A stretch of DNA of 64,000 nt from an uncultured archaeon (GCA_964608675.1 CAZSOZ010000004.1:31226-95225); one strand, 5' to 3'; positions 27,706-38,439 are shown, counted from the first letter of the stretch. A program made the numbers and translations. Notes: generated from the sequence alone by a model not told the origin.

Positions 27706-28680
27706 TTAATCACTTAAAAATTTTTTTAGTTTTGTTATCACTGGAACAGGATAAGGGTTTACTTGGTTTTTTAATGCAAGATAATATGAAGTGAAATCTC
27801 CTAAATAAATTAAATAAAATAATTGTGTTAAAAGGCTTTTTCCTTTTGCAGTGAATTCAAGTATTGTGTTTTCTTTTGAAAAAACTTTTTTTGTGAATTC
27901 AATTCTTTTTTGTGTTTGGCTGTTTTCGTTTTTTGTTTTCAGGAAAACAAACACTCCTTTTTTATAGTTCATGTTTATTTCATTATGGTTCATTTCTGGA
28001 ATAACGTTTGCATGACAGAAGTCTTTTGAGTTTTCATTTATTTGTGTCATCCATCTAAAGGAGGCAATTTCAGTTTTTTTTGTTGAATAAACAAAAACTG
28101 TTTTTTTCTGCATTTTTTCTGCTAAATCTGCTGCTTGTTTTTTTATTTTGTTTTTTTCTTTTTCTGCAAGTTCAATGAATTCCTGTATTTCTTTTTCTTT
28201 TCCTTGAATTAAACCAAGTTTTTTTAATGCAAAAATTAAAGGCACAACAAGAAAAGCTGTTGCTGCTCTTGGAGGATATCCTTTTGGAATTTTGATGAAG
28301 TAATTGCATTCTTTGCTGAATTTTTTTCCTGAACTTATTCCTAATATAAATGCATTTTTTTGTTTTGCTTTTCTTGTTCCTTTCAGGGTTTCTTCTGTTC
28401 CTCCTGAATAACTTACTGCAATAAACAATGTTTTGTTTGAAACAAATTCAGGGATTGCATAATCATTGTTTGTTTGAATAGGAATTTTTAATTCGTTTCT
28501 GAATAAAGTTTCAAGTATTTTTCCTGTAATTCCTGAACCTCCCATTCCTTGAACCACGATGTTTTCAAAGCTTTTTTTTTCCAAAGAAACTTTTTTTCCT
28601 ATTTCTATTCCTTGTTTTATTTGTTCTGGAAATTTTTCAAGCAGTCCTAAATAATTGTTTTCGTCTATTTTTGTATTCAT
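27706..28680 (-). CDS. Bifunctional phosphoglucose/phosphomannose isomerase (archaeal SIS-domain PGI/PMI).
   Basis: SIS motif VQGMGGSGITGKILE; size about 320 aa. Confidence 0.65.
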   Translation of the reverse strand: MNTKIDENNYLGLLEKFPEQIKQGIEIGKKVSLEKKSFENIVVQGMGGSGITGKILETLFRNELKIPIQTNNDYAIPEFVSNKTLFIAVSYSGGTEETLKGTRKAKQKNAFILGISSGKKFSKECNYFIKIPKGYPPRAATAFLVVPLIFALKKLGLIQGKEKEIQEFIELAEKEKNKIKKQAADLAEKMQKKTVFVYSTKKTEIASFRWMTQINENSKDFCHANVIPEMNHNEINMNYKKGVFVFLKTKNENSQTQKRIEFTKKVFSKENTILEFTAKGKSLLTQLFYLIYLGDFTSYYLALKNQVNPYPVPVITKLKKFLSD

Positions 28681-28696
28681 TTTTTTTTCACCTTTT

Positions 28697-29515
28697 TTAT
28701 TTCAGAATCTCAGGAATTAATTCAATTAAATTTGATGCAGTAAAATATTGTCCTTTTTGTTTAAAGGCTTTTTCTCCTGTAAGCCCGTTAATTAGTGCTC
28801 CTGCTGAAGCTGAATCAAATAATGAATTTTTTGTTGCTAAAGCTGAAACAATTCCTGCAAGAACGTCTCCGGTTCCTATTACTGCCATTCTTGGATTCCC
28901 TGTTTTGTTCAGAAAAGTTTTTTTTCTGTTTGAAATTATATCTGTGTTTCCTTTAAGCAGAATTGTTGTATTGAATTGTTTGGCTTTTTTTTCAGTTAAT
29001 TTTATTCTTTCCTTTAATTTCAATGAAGGTTTTAATCCGAATTTTTCTTTGAATTCCATTGCATGAGGAAGATATAATGAATTTTCTGGTTTTCCTTTCA
29101 GCATTTTTATTGCATCTGCTTCAATTATTTTTTTGATTTTGATTTTTGGAATTAATGCATTAACGAATTCGTTTGTTTTTTGGTTTTTTGTTATTCCGTT
29201 TCCGATTAAAACTGCATCAAAGTCATTTATTTTTTTAAGTATTTTTTTTGCGTGTTTTTTTTCAAAGTAGTTTCCTTTGAATTTTTTTGTTATTATGTCT
29301 GGAGAAAAAGTGTTTATGGCTAAAGCAGCTTTTTCTGGTGCAAACACTTCAACTAAATCAACGAATTTTAATGCTGATAAAGCGCATAAAGCAGGTCCTC
29401 CGATGTATTCAATGCTTCCTCCTATTATTAGCAGTTTTCCGTTTTTTCCTTTGTAGTCATTTTTTTTTCTTTTAAATAAAACTTTTTTCAGTATTTTTTT
29501 TGAAACAGTTTTCAT
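28697..29515 (-). CDS. nnrD: ADP-dependent NAD(P)H-hydrate dehydratase (YjeF C-terminal domain family).
   Basis: GKLLIIGGSIEYIGGPALCALSALK and VIGTGDVLAGIVSALA motifs. Confidence 0.6.
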   Translation of the reverse strand: MKTVSKKILKKVLFKRKKNDYKGKNGKLLIIGGSIEYIGGPALCALSALKFVDLVEVFAPEKAALAINTFSPDIITKKFKGNYFEKKHAKKILKKINDFDAVLIGNGITKNQKTNEFVNALIPKIKIKKIIEADAIKMLKGKPENSLYLPHAMEFKEKFGLKPSLKLKERIKLTEKKAKQFNTTILLKGNTDIISNRKKTFLNKTGNPRMAVIGTGDVLAGIVSALATKNSLFDSASAGALINGLTGEKAFKQKGQYFTASNLIELIPEILK

Positions 29516-31398
29516 TCTATTCCCTTTTTTTTGAGTTCTTCTTTTAAGATTTTGCTTGCTTGTTTTCCTGAGGCTTTTCCTTTGATTTGAATCATTGCGT
29601 TTCCCATTAAAGCAGAAAACACGTTTGCTCCTTCTGTTTTTATTATTGCAGAATTTTTTTCAATTATTTCTTTAATTAAATTTCTTAGTTTTTTTTCTGA
29701 GAATTGTTCTTCCTGTAGTTCTTTTATTATTGCATTAACAGGTTTTTCTGGTTCTTTGCTCCATAAAGACAGTGCTTTTAATTGGTTTTCCTGCAGTAGT
29801 TTTTCCTCCCTTGTTTTTTCTAGTATTTCTTCAATCATTTCTTCTGAAATGTTTTCTGTGTGAATTCCCTGTCTTTTTAATGTAGTGAGGCTTTCTAAAA
29901 GCAGTACTGCTGTTTTGGTTGGATTGAATCCTTTTTTTGTGAGTTTTTCAAAGAATTTTGCGTGATTGTTTAATTTCATTTTTTCTGCTAATTGTTCTGA
30001 GATTTTGTATTTGTTGATGTATTTTATTTTTCTTTGTTCTGGTGTAAGAGGAAGATTTTCTTTTATTTTTTCAAGTGTTTTTTTGTTTATTTTTTTGATC
30101 GGAACATCTGTTTCAGGATACATTCTGGCTTTTCCTCCTAATGGTCTGGAGTATTCTGTTGTTCCGTCAGGCAGAGCATTTCTTGTTTCTTCGGGGATTT
30201 CGTTTAATGCTGTAATGCTTCTTTGAATTACAGTTTTTAGTGCTTGTTCTGCTTTTATTTTTTCTGCTGAAACCAAAACAAATCCGTCTTGTTCTGAGCA
30301 ATTTAATTTTTGTTTGGTTTTTTCTGTTTCTTTTTCTGAAATGCCGTATTTTGGCAGTTCATCTGAATGAAAGATTCCTTTTAATCCGGTTTTTGCTTTA
30401 ACGTATTTTGCGAGTTCTGTTCCGAATCTTTTTTCTTTTTGAAGTTCTTTCCCTATTAATTTTTTGAATTTTGGAAGAAGTATTCCGAACACTTTTTTTC
30501 CTTTAATCATTTTGCATTCTGTTTCAGAAAAAATTTCAGTTAATTCAATTGTTTCTTGTTTTTCGAGTTCTTCTTTTGTCAGGTTTCTTTTTGCTAGTTC
30601 TGTTTTTAATTCAAGGAGATTAACTTGTCTTTCTGTTTCTTTTTCTATGAATTTGTCTATCATTTCAAGTTCTTGGACTCCTTTTATTTCAATTCTTGCT
30701 CCTTTTTCAATTGAAATATTTATGTCCTGCCTTATGCTTCCTAATCCTCTTTTTGTTTTGCAGGTTCTTCTGAATAATTCTCCTATTTTTAATGCAGTTT
30801 CTTTTGCTTCTTTTGGGGAATAAATTTCGGGTTCTGTTGCTAATTCAATTAAAGGAATTCCAAGCCTGTCTAATGAATAAATTATTTGGTTGTTTTTTTC
30901 GTCTATTTTTTTTGCTGAATCTTCTTCTAATGCTATTGTTTGAATGTTTATTTCTTTTTCTTTTAATTTAATTTTTCCTTTTAATGCTATCATGGCTGTT
31001 CTTTGAAAGCCTGATGTATTGCTTCCGTCAATTACTGTTTTTCTCATTATATGAATTGAATCAACTATGTTTGATTCTGCCATTAAAGCTATTTCAAGAA
31101 CAGTGTTTAATGCTTGTTCGTCTATTTTTTTTGGGGGTTCTTCGTCTAATTCAATTAAACAACAGGAATCATCAAAATATTTGTATACATAATTCTGTTT
31201 TTTGTTGAATGCCTCTAAAGCTGCTTTATCAAATTCTCCTAACTCTGATGCCACCGGCCTTAATTTTCTTTTAATTTCTAAATCTGCTTTTTTTTCCATT
31301 ATTTTTGATGGACAACGGCAGAACAATTTTCCGGTATTAAGCTGTTGGTGTACTTCTAGTCCGGCTTTTAATCCGAGTTCTTTGTAATTTAATTCCAT
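29512..31398 (-). CDS. gatE: Glutamyl-tRNA(Gln) amidotransferase subunit E.
   Basis: N-terminal GLKAGLEVHQQLNTGKLFCRC; 628 aa. Confidence 0.85.
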   Translation of the reverse strand: MELNYKELGLKAGLEVHQQLNTGKLFCRCPSKIMEKKADLEIKRKLRPVASELGEFDKAALEAFNKKQNYVYKYFDDSCCLIELDEEPPKKIDEQALNTVLEIALMAESNIVDSIHIMRKTVIDGSNTSGFQRTAMIALKGKIKLKEKEINIQTIALEEDSAKKIDEKNNQIIYSLDRLGIPLIELATEPEIYSPKEAKETALKIGELFRRTCKTKRGLGSIRQDINISIEKGARIEIKGVQELEMIDKFIEKETERQVNLLELKTELAKRNLTKEELEKQETIELTEIFSETECKMIKGKKVFGILLPKFKKLIGKELQKEKRFGTELAKYVKAKTGLKGIFHSDELPKYGISEKETEKTKQKLNCSEQDGFVLVSAEKIKAEQALKTVIQRSITALNEIPEETRNALPDGTTEYSRPLGGKARMYPETDVPIKKINKKTLEKIKENLPLTPEQRKIKYINKYKISEQLAEKMKLNNHAKFFEKLTKKGFNPTKTAVLLLESLTTLKRQGIHTENISEEMIEEILEKTREEKLLQENQLKALSLWSKEPEKPVNAIIKELQEEQFSEKKLRNLIKEIIEKNSAIIKTEGANVFSALMGNAMIQIKGKASGKQASKILKEELKKKGIE

Positions 31399-31457
31399 TT
31401 AATTACCTTTTTTATAAATAAATGAGATAACTTAATTTAAAAGTTATTTAATTAGTT

Positions 31458-32513
31458 TTATTTTTGCAGGTAAACTGTGTGGGTTGGAAAAGGAATTGAA
31501 ATTTTTGCTTTGTTTAGTTCATTGTAGATTTCTTTTGTTAATTCTCTTTCTGTTGACCATACTTCAGTGTAATTGTCGCACCAGAATTTTGCAGTGAAAT
31601 TTAAAGAAAAGTCTCCCATTGAAAGCATTTCAACTGCAGGTTCTCTTCCTTGTTTTTTTGAAACCATTGGATGATTTTTTATTAAATTAATTATGGTTTT
31701 CTGGACTTTTTCTGGTTTGGTTCCATAGCTTACTCCAAATTTTATTTCTCCTCTGCCGAATGAATTTGGTTGAGCATAATTTATTATTTTGCTGTTGGCC
31801 ATAGTAGAGTTTGGAACAATTATTACTTCGTTTGAATAAGTTCTTACTCTTGTGCTTCTTAATCCAACTTCTTCTATTATTCCTATTTCTCCTGAATCAA
31901 GCTTTATTTTGTCTCCTAATTTAATTGATTTGTCTAAAAGAAGGGCTATTCCTCCGAATAAATTTGAAACAGTTTCTTGTGCAGCAAAAGCTAATGCAAG
32001 TCCTCCTATTCCTACTCCTGCCAGCAATGCTGTAACATCAAATCCAACTGAATCCAATAACATGATTGTTCCTAGAATTATTATTACTGCTTTGCTTCCT
32101 TTTGAGAATAAGGGAACCATTTGGTCGTCAAAAGAACTTTTTGTTTTTTTGGTTAAAGGAATCAAAATTTTGTCTCTGAACGCATCAACAAATCGTATTG
32201 CAGTCCAGCCTAAAACAATTATTACTGCTGATTTAAATACTGTTGAAAACAATCCGTTTTGTATTCCAAGATAGTTGGCTGAAATAAATGCTCCAATCAA
32301 AAAAATCACTGCAGCAATTGGTTCTTCTATTATGTCAATTAACACGTCATCCAAATCTGTTTTTGTTTTTGCTGTAATTTTTCTTCCTATAGTTTTAAAG
32401 AAATAGTATGCAATTTTTCCTAAAGCGTATGCTCCAATTAAAATTGTTAATGCAATCAGAATGTCCTGCAATGAATGCCCTAAAAAAGTCTGTTGAAGTA
32501 TTTCCAGAACCAT
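31458..32513 (-). CDS. Small-conductance mechanosensitive channel (MscS family).
   Basis: TM helices followed by LGDKIKLDSGEIGIIEEVGLRSTRVRTYSNEVIIVPNS. Confidence 0.7.
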   Translation of the reverse strand: MVLEILQQTFLGHSLQDILIALTILIGAYALGKIAYYFFKTIGRKITAKTKTDLDDVLIDIIEEPIAAVIFLIGAFISANYLGIQNGLFSTVFKSAVIIVLGWTAIRFVDAFRDKILIPLTKKTKSSFDDQMVPLFSKGSKAVIIILGTIMLLDSVGFDVTALLAGVGIGGLALAFAAQETVSNLFGGIALLLDKSIKLGDKIKLDSGEIGIIEEVGLRSTRVRTYSNEVIIVPNSTMANSKIINYAQPNSFGRGEIKFGVSYGTKPEKVQKTIINLIKNHPMVSKKQGREPAVEMLSMGDFSLNFTAKFWCDNYTEVWSTERELTKEIYNELNKAKISIPFPTHTVYLQK

Positions 32514-32637
32514 TAATTCACCGAAATAATATTCTTTGAATGATTAATCATTTAAATCTTGCTTTTTGAATAAAAAGAATTTTATATGAGTATTTTCTTA
32601 TTTTTAGTTAACAAATTTTTTTTTGGAGGAACTTTAA

Positions 32638-33318
32638 ATGAAGAAAATAATATTTTTGTTAATTATTCTTTTTTTGACTGTGTCTTTTGTTGGATGCACT
32701 GAAGAAAAAAAAGATAAAACAAATGAAGATAAAAATGAAGATAAAAAAGAAAATGAAAATGTGAGCATTGAATTAATTGATTGCGGTTCTGATTCTGAAT
32801 GCTGGGAAGAAAATTTAAAACAGTGCACTCCTGCAAAATTTGAAACAGGTTTAGGCGATCAAATAAGATTTCTTTTTACAATCAAAGGTTTTGAAGGAAA
32901 TAAATGCAAAATATATCATTTAGCTGTAAAAAACCCTTCGCCTGATTTTGAGGGAACTTATTATGAATGCTTGATTCCAAATGACAAGCTCACACAGCAG
33001 GGTTATGAAGAATGGATTCAGACAAATTTGCTTACTTCCTGTACAGGTACCTATGTGGATGCATCAAAAGATTTAATGGGTCCTTCTGATTGCATGGAAA
33101 CAGGATTAAGGCCTGGAGTTGGATTCAAGAATGACAGCATTACAGGAGGAAAGCTTGTTAAAGTAACTGAAATTGGAGATAATGATGAAATAACAGTTGA
33201 CGTTGACGGAACAACAGAAACAATTCAGATTTCAGAGACAAAAACAATTAATGGAATCTCAATCGAAAATATTGTAATTGAAAACGGGATGGCGCAAATA
33301 AAACTTTGCAACAGTTAA
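32638..33318 (+). CDS. Secreted lipoprotein-like Cys-rich hypothetical protein.
   Basis: Signal peptide with a lipobox-like ...SFVGC. Confidence 0.35.
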   Translation: MKKIIFLLIILFLTVSFVGCTEEKKDKTNEDKNEDKKENENVSIELIDCGSDSECWEENLKQCTPAKFETGLGDQIRFLFTIKGFEGNKCKIYHLAVKNPSPDFEGTYYECLIPNDKLTQQGYEEWIQTNLLTSCTGTYVDASKDLMGPSDCMETGLRPGVGFKNDSITGGKLVKVTEIGDNDEITVDVDGTTETIQISETKTINGISIENIVIENGMAQIKLCNS

Positions 33319-33831
33319 ATAAAAAAAAGCATTAGAAGCCAAACAATTGTTTGGTTTTCTTTTTTTTTTATTCGATATTCACTTGTACTTTTTTGTTTAC
33401 ATCAAATTCTTTTTCTATATCAATTCTTGCCTGAACAAACCATTCGGTCCTGCTTGCACTTCCTGAAAGGAATTGCAAGGCCTGCACTGCTGTTCCAACA
33501 CTTCCTTCCAGTCCTCTTCCTTTTTGCATGATATCTGTGGACACAAGAATTCAAAGTCATATTATTTTCGGCGTATTCTTTTTTTCCATTTAAAGGCATT
33601 TCAAATTTGTGAATAAACTGTTGTTTTGTTTTTGTCTGGTTTCTGTTGTGTTTTCATATTTTAATTCTTATTCCTGAGCCGCCTAATCCAATTGTATTAG
33701 AAGAAAAAGTTGTTTTTACTCCTGCAAAAATTACTTTGAGTTGTTTTGCTTTGGCAGGCTTCTTCATTTTCACTTTAACTTTTCCTTTGATTGTCTCTCC
33801 GGGCTTGAAATTAAATTTTTCCAGGTTTATT

Positions 33832-34392
33832 TCAATTTTTTCTTTTCCGAAATAACATGTTTTTTGCTTTTAATCTTTTCTTTTTTTTGTAATCCAAAAA
33901 CAACTGCAAATAATTTTTTGTTATCCGGTTTTTTTTCTTTAAACCCAAAAGTTTTTCTGTTTCATTTATTCCTTTTTTTGTTCCTTCTAACTCCAAATAA
34001 AATCCAATAAAAGGAAGTTCGTCTAACAAAATTTCAGTTGAATTTAATTCAAAACTTTCTCTTTTTTTTTCATAAACAAAAAAAGACTGAAAATTCATTT
34101 TTTCCAGTAATTCTTTTGTGCGTTTAAAATTTTTTATTTGTAGTTCGGTTTCTTTTCTTTCTTTGAATTTTCCTTTGGCTTTAACTGGAGATTTAAATGT
34201 CAAAGTATTTTTTTTTGCTTTTCTTAACCTTAACAGAAAACCTTTTTTTTTGAATAAAGAATCAGGCAAATCAAAAACTAAATTTAATTCTTTTTCTTTT
34301 TTTTTGAATTCAGCTTTTTTTTTCAGATTTTTTTTTATTTTATTTAATTCTTTTTTGTTTTTGATTTTGTGTTTTACTTCGATTTCAATCAT
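33832..34392 (-). CDS. CYTH-domain protein (class IV adenylyl cyclase/triphosphatase fold).
   Basis: Starts MIEIEVKHKI (the ExExK signature). Confidence 0.5.
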   Translation of the reverse strand: MIEIEVKHKIKNKKELNKIKKNLKKKAEFKKKEKELNLVFDLPDSLFKKKGFLLRLRKAKKNTLTFKSPVKAKGKFKERKETELQIKNFKRTKELLEKMNFQSFFVYEKKRESFELNSTEILLDELPFIGFYLELEGTKKGINETEKLLGLKKKNRITKNYLQLFLDYKKKKRLKAKNMLFRKRKN

Positions 34393-34787
34393 TTTAATCC
34401 TAGAAATGACTTTAATTTTTTGATTAAATTTTTTTCTTTGTATTCATGTTTATCTGCTTTAAACAAAGTGTTCTGCTCCAGTATAAATGAATCAAAAGGA
34501 TGATTGTGAATTAATTTTGCTATTTTATGTTTTTTGTGTTCATGGTAATTTAGTTCGCTTAATAATGCCAGTGCTTTAATAGAGCTTTCAAATGAATTTT
34601 CTCCTGCTTCATGAAGTAAAGCAGAAACTTCAATTATTTCTGTGTCTGCATTAATTCCTTCTGTAAGCCTTAACGCGTTTTCTCTTACTCTGTATGCGTG
34701 CTGTATTTTTTTTGGTTCAAATTCAGTTTTAATGCGTTCTTCTACTTTTGAAACAATTCCCATTTTTTTTTCACTCTCCTGTTTCAA
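34389..34787 (-). CDS. Small HD-domain-like hypothetical protein.
   Basis: Weak HD-like His/Asp pattern. Confidence 0.3.
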   Translation of the reverse strand: MKQESEKKMGIVSKVEERIKTEFEPKKIQHAYRVRENALRLTEGINADTEIIEVSALLHEAGENSFESSIKALALLSELNYHEHKKHKIAKLIHNHPFDSFILEQNTLFKADKHEYKEKNLIKKLKSFLGLK

Positions 34788-36108
34788 ATCCTTTTGCAGT
34801 GCTTCTTTTAGTTATTTCTCCTTTAAGGTTTTTTGAAATCATTTTTTTTGCTTCTTCTTTTGAGTAATTTCCTAACAGCCATGCCAGTTTAATGAAAGCT
34901 GTTTCTGGAGTCATGTCTTCTGCAGGAATTACCCCTGCATTCAATAAATCTTTTCCTGTTGAATAAACATTCATATTAATTCTTCCATAGAATGCCTGTG
35001 ATGCCATTACTACAACAGCTTTTTCTGATAATTTTTTTATTTCTTCAAAAATTTTTTTGTTTTCCTGGCTGCCTTTTCCTCCGATTGGAGCATGCCCTAA
35101 ACCTGTTCCTTCTAAAATTATTCCTTTGAATTCTTTTTTTTGATAGAATTCTAATTGTTTTGCATTGAAGTTTGGATGAATTTTAATTAAAGCAGTTTTT
35201 TCTTCCATTTTTGTTTTTAATTTTAATTCTTGTTCTTCTTTTTTTCTTTGATAATCTGTTTTTAGGTATTCTATTTTTTTTGATTCAAAATTTATTCTTG
35301 CAACAGGGATATCGTTTATTGTTTTAAATGAATCTCTTCTGCTTGAATGCATTTTTCTGCTTTTTGTTCCTGAAAGAATAACACAGTTGTCATCTGAAGA
35401 ACTTTCATGCATGCATATTCCTATTCCTGTAAAATCTGTTCTTGCAATAAATTCTGTTGCACAAATTAAGTTCATTGCTGCATCTGATGAACCTCTGTCA
35501 GAACTTCTCTGAGAGCCGACTAAAATCACTGGAATATTTAATCCGTCTAACATAAAACTTAGTGCGCTGGCAGTATAATGCAAAGTGTCTGTTCCATGCC
35601 CTAAAATTATTCCTTTTGGATTGTTTTCTTTTATTTCTTTTTGTATTTCTTCTGCTATTTTTTTGTAGTCTTCAAATCTCATTTCCTCTGAAAGCAGTTC
35701 CATTACATTTTTTGTTTTAATGTTTGCTGTTTCCATTAATTCAGGAATGTTTGTGATTAATTTTTCTTGTTCAATGGCTGGAGAGACTGCTCCTGTTCTG
35801 TAATCAATTCTTGATGCAATTGTTCCTCCAGTGCTTAAAATCGAAATTGTTGGCAGGCCGTCAACCTGTATTGTTTTTTTTATTTCTTTTTTTGTTTCTT
35901 CTTTTATTTCTCCTGTTTTTTCAATTTTTTTTATTCTGTTTGTTGCTATTCCAATATTGTAGCCTGATTTAAGCTTTAAAGTCAAAGTTTTTTCGTTTTG
36001 CGATGGAAGAATTATTCCTGTGTATTCTTCGTTTTCAGTTAAAATTTTTATTTCTTCTTTTTCTTTAAAAGAAAATTTTTCTTTTAATTCCTTTAAATCC
36101 ATTTTCAA
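34771..36108 (-). CDS. gatD: Glutamyl-tRNA(Gln) amidotransferase subunit D.
   Basis: Asparaginase-like blocks ILSTGGTIAS and GHGTDTLHYTASALSF with an N-terminal extra domain; 445 aa. Confidence 0.8.
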   Translation of the reverse strand: MKMDLKELKEKFSFKEKEEIKILTENEEYTGIILPSQNEKTLTLKLKSGYNIGIATNRIKKIEKTGEIKEETKKEIKKTIQVDGLPTISILSTGGTIASRIDYRTGAVSPAIEQEKLITNIPELMETANIKTKNVMELLSEEMRFEDYKKIAEEIQKEIKENNPKGIILGHGTDTLHYTASALSFMLDGLNIPVILVGSQRSSDRGSSDAAMNLICATEFIARTDFTGIGICMHESSSDDNCVILSGTKSRKMHSSRRDSFKTINDIPVARINFESKKIEYLKTDYQRKKEEQELKLKTKMEEKTALIKIHPNFNAKQLEFYQKKEFKGIILEGTGLGHAPIGGKGSQENKKIFEEIKKLSEKAVVVMASQAFYGRINMNVYSTGKDLLNAGVIPAEDMTPETAFIKLAWLLGNYSKEEAKKMISKNLKGEITKRSTAKGFETGE

Positions 36109-36154
36109 TCAGTTAAATAAAAGACAAAAAAGTATTTTAATTAATTCTTTGAAT

Positions 36155-36877
36155 TTAATCAATTAATTCAAATGTAATTCTGTCTCTTTGGCTTCCTTTG
36201 TTTTGTCTTCCAAGAATTTTTATTTTTCCTATTTCTTTTGTGTTAGAGACATGGGTTCCTCCGCAAGGGCATTTATCTATTCCGGAAATTTCAATTACTC
36301 TTATCTCTTGGATTGCTTCAGGTAGTCTGAAAAACAACACTCTTCTTTTTTCGTCAACTTCACTTAAAACTGTTTTTTTGTCTTTGAAGGAAATTTCAAT
36401 TGGAATGGCTTTTTCCACTATTTCATTGAATTTTTTTTCATAATCTTTCAGTATTTCTTCATCAAAGCGAATTGGATGAAAATCCATTCTGCTTGAATTT
36501 TCTCCAATTTGGTTTCCAACAGTTCTTGCTCCATGCTTGTCTAAAATGAGTGCAGATAAAAGATGCTGGGCGGAATGCATTCTCATATATTTATAGCGCA
36601 AACCCCAATCCAAAACTAATTTGACTTCACTGTTTTTTTCCGGTACTTCTCTTTCCAAAAAATGAAGTATTTTTCTGTCTCTTTTTTTTACTTCTTTCAC
36701 TTTGCTTTCTTTTTCATTCCATTCAGTTTTTCCTTTATCTGAAGGCTGTCCTCCTCCTTCAGGATAAAAAATTGTTTTATCCAATTTAATCCATTTTTCT
36801 TGTGGATTGGATTCAATTACTTTTGCTTTTGTTTCTTTCAGATAACAGTCATTTAAATACAATAATTTTGTTTCCAT
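36155..36877 (-). CDS. alaX: Alanyl-tRNA editing protein AlaX (SAD-domain tRNA deacylase). The start was taken at METKLLY.
   Basis: HxxxH (HSAQHLL) and CxxxH (CPCGGTHV) zinc motifs. Confidence 0.7.
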   Translation of the reverse strand: METKLLYLNDCYLKETKAKVIESNPQEKWIKLDKTIFYPEGGGQPSDKGKTEWNEKESKVKEVKKRDRKILHFLEREVPEKNSEVKLVLDWGLRYKYMRMHSAQHLLSALILDKHGARTVGNQIGENSSRMDFHPIRFDEEILKDYEKKFNEIVEKAIPIEISFKDKKTVLSEVDEKRRVLFFRLPEAIQEIRVIEISGIDKCPCGGTHVSNTKEIGKIKILGRQNKGSQRDRITFELID

Positions 36878-36935
36878 AAACAAACAAAAAAAGAAAATCA
36901 ATTAATATTTAATCTTTTTCAAATTCAATTGATTT

Positions 36936-37619
36936 ATGAAATTAGCTGGATTGTTTTCAGGAGGAAAAGATTCTTGTTATGCGGTAAACTGGGCAATAGA
37001 ACAAAAACATGAAATGAAGGCATTAATTTCAATTGTTTCAGAAAACCCTTACAGTTTTATGTTTCATACTCCAAACATTGATTTGACTTTTTTTCAGGGG
37101 CAAGCAGCAGGACTGCCGGTTATGTATAAAAAAACTTTGGGTGTTGCTGAAAAAGAATTGGATGACTTGAAGGCTGTATTGTCTGAAGCCAAACAAAAAT
37201 TTGAATTAGATGGAATTACCACGGGGGCACTGGCTTCTTCTTATCAGAAAAAAAGAATTACATCAATTTGCTTTGATTTAAATTTAAAGTGTTTTTCTCC
37301 GTTATGGCAGAAAAACCAGTCTGAATACGTAAAAGAATTAATTCAAAAAAAATTTGAAGTATTGGTTGTAGGGGTTGCAGCAAAAGGCTTGGGAGAAAAC
37401 TGGCTTGGAAGGATTTTAGATAAAAAAGCTTTAAGTGAATTAATTGATTTGGATAAAAAAATTGGCTTGAATACTGCAGGAGAAGGAGGAGAATATGAAA
37501 CTTTTGTTTTGGATGCGCCTTTCTTCAAAAAAAAACTTAAGGTAGTTGATTCAGTTAAACATTGGAAAAAAACTTCTGGTTTCCTTGAAATAAAAGAATT
37601 AAAGTTAGTGAAAAAATAA
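36936..37619 (+). CDS. Dph6-like diphthine-ammonia ligase / MJ0570-family PP-loop ATPase.
   Basis: N-terminal SGGKDS PP-loop. Confidence 0.6.
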   Translation: MKLAGLFSGGKDSCYAVNWAIEQKHEMKALISIVSENPYSFMFHTPNIDLTFFQGQAAGLPVMYKKTLGVAEKELDDLKAVLSEAKQKFELDGITTGALASSYQKKRITSICFDLNLKCFSPLWQKNQSEYVKELIQKKFEVLVVGVAAKGLGENWLGRILDKKALSELIDLDKKIGLNTAGEGGEYETFVLDAPFFKKKLKVVDSVKHWKKTSGFLEIKELKLVKK

Positions 37620-37794
37620 ACAAAGCCGACATTTTTGAATAAGCAGGGCTTTGGATGAATTTAAATCCAAGTATTTCAGCCTGCTTTAAGAAAAACAGTT
37701 AAATCTCTTGAAGAAAAAAGAAAAGTCAAGGGAATAAAAATTAAAAGAATTAAACCGAAATAAAATTATTTTTGATTAAACTTTTTCTAAAAGT

Positions 37795-38439
37795 TTATTT
37801 TTTTGCTTTTTTCCAGTCATCCAAAAATTTTTGTATTCCTTTGTCTGTTAAAGGATGCTTAATCATTTTGTCTAATACATTGAAGGGAATTGTTGCTATG
37901 TCTGCTCCTGCCTTGGCTGATTCAATTACATGAATTGGATTTCTAATAGATGCAGAAATTAATTCTGCTTCAATTTCAAAGTTTTCAAAGATTTCCATTG
38001 TTTCTCTTATTACTTCCATTCCTTTGTTGCCTGCATCATCTAGTCTTCCGACAAAAACACTCACATAGCTTGCTCCTGCTTTTGCTGCCAATAAAGCCTG
38101 GTTTGCAGAAAAAATTAAAGTGCAGTTGGTTTTGATTGCTTTCTTTTTTAATTCTTTGATTGCTTTTAATCCTTCTTCGTTCATTGCAACTTTTATTACA
38201 ATGTTTTTATGTATTTTTGAGTATTCAATTCCTTCTTTTATTATGTCTTCTGCTTTTTCTGCTGTTGCTTCAACGCTTATTGGTCCGTCAACAATTTTTA
38301 CTATTTCCTGTATTATTTGCTTGAAGGGCTTGTTTTCTTTTGCTATCAGCGAAGGGTTTGTTGTTACGCCGTCAACTATCCCCATTTCATAATATTTTTT
38401 GATTTCCTCTATATTTGCTGTATCAATAAAAACCTTCAT
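37795..38439 (-). CDS. tal: Transaldolase / fructose-6-phosphate aldolase family (short TalC/Fsa type).
   Basis: [31 protein letters not shown]; 214 aa. Confidence 0.75.
   Translation of the reverse strand: MKVFIDTANIEEIKKYYEMGIVDGVTTNPSLIAKENKPFKQIIQEIVKIVDGPISVEATAEKAEDIIKEGIEYSKIHKNIVIKVAMNEEGLKAIKELKKKAIKTNCTLIFSANQALLAAKAGASYVSVFVGRLDDAGNKGMEVIRETMEIFENFEIEAELISASIRNPIHVIESAKAGADIATIPFNVLDKMIKHPLTDKGIQKFLDDWKKAKK

Noticed and set aside
33366-33527. 53-aa minus-strand ORF (MQKGRGLEGSVGTAVQALQFLSGSASRTEWFVQARIDIEKEFDVNKKVQVNIE).
   Set aside because: Too short to call as a gene on its own. It is treated as part of the possible decayed coding region in the findings.
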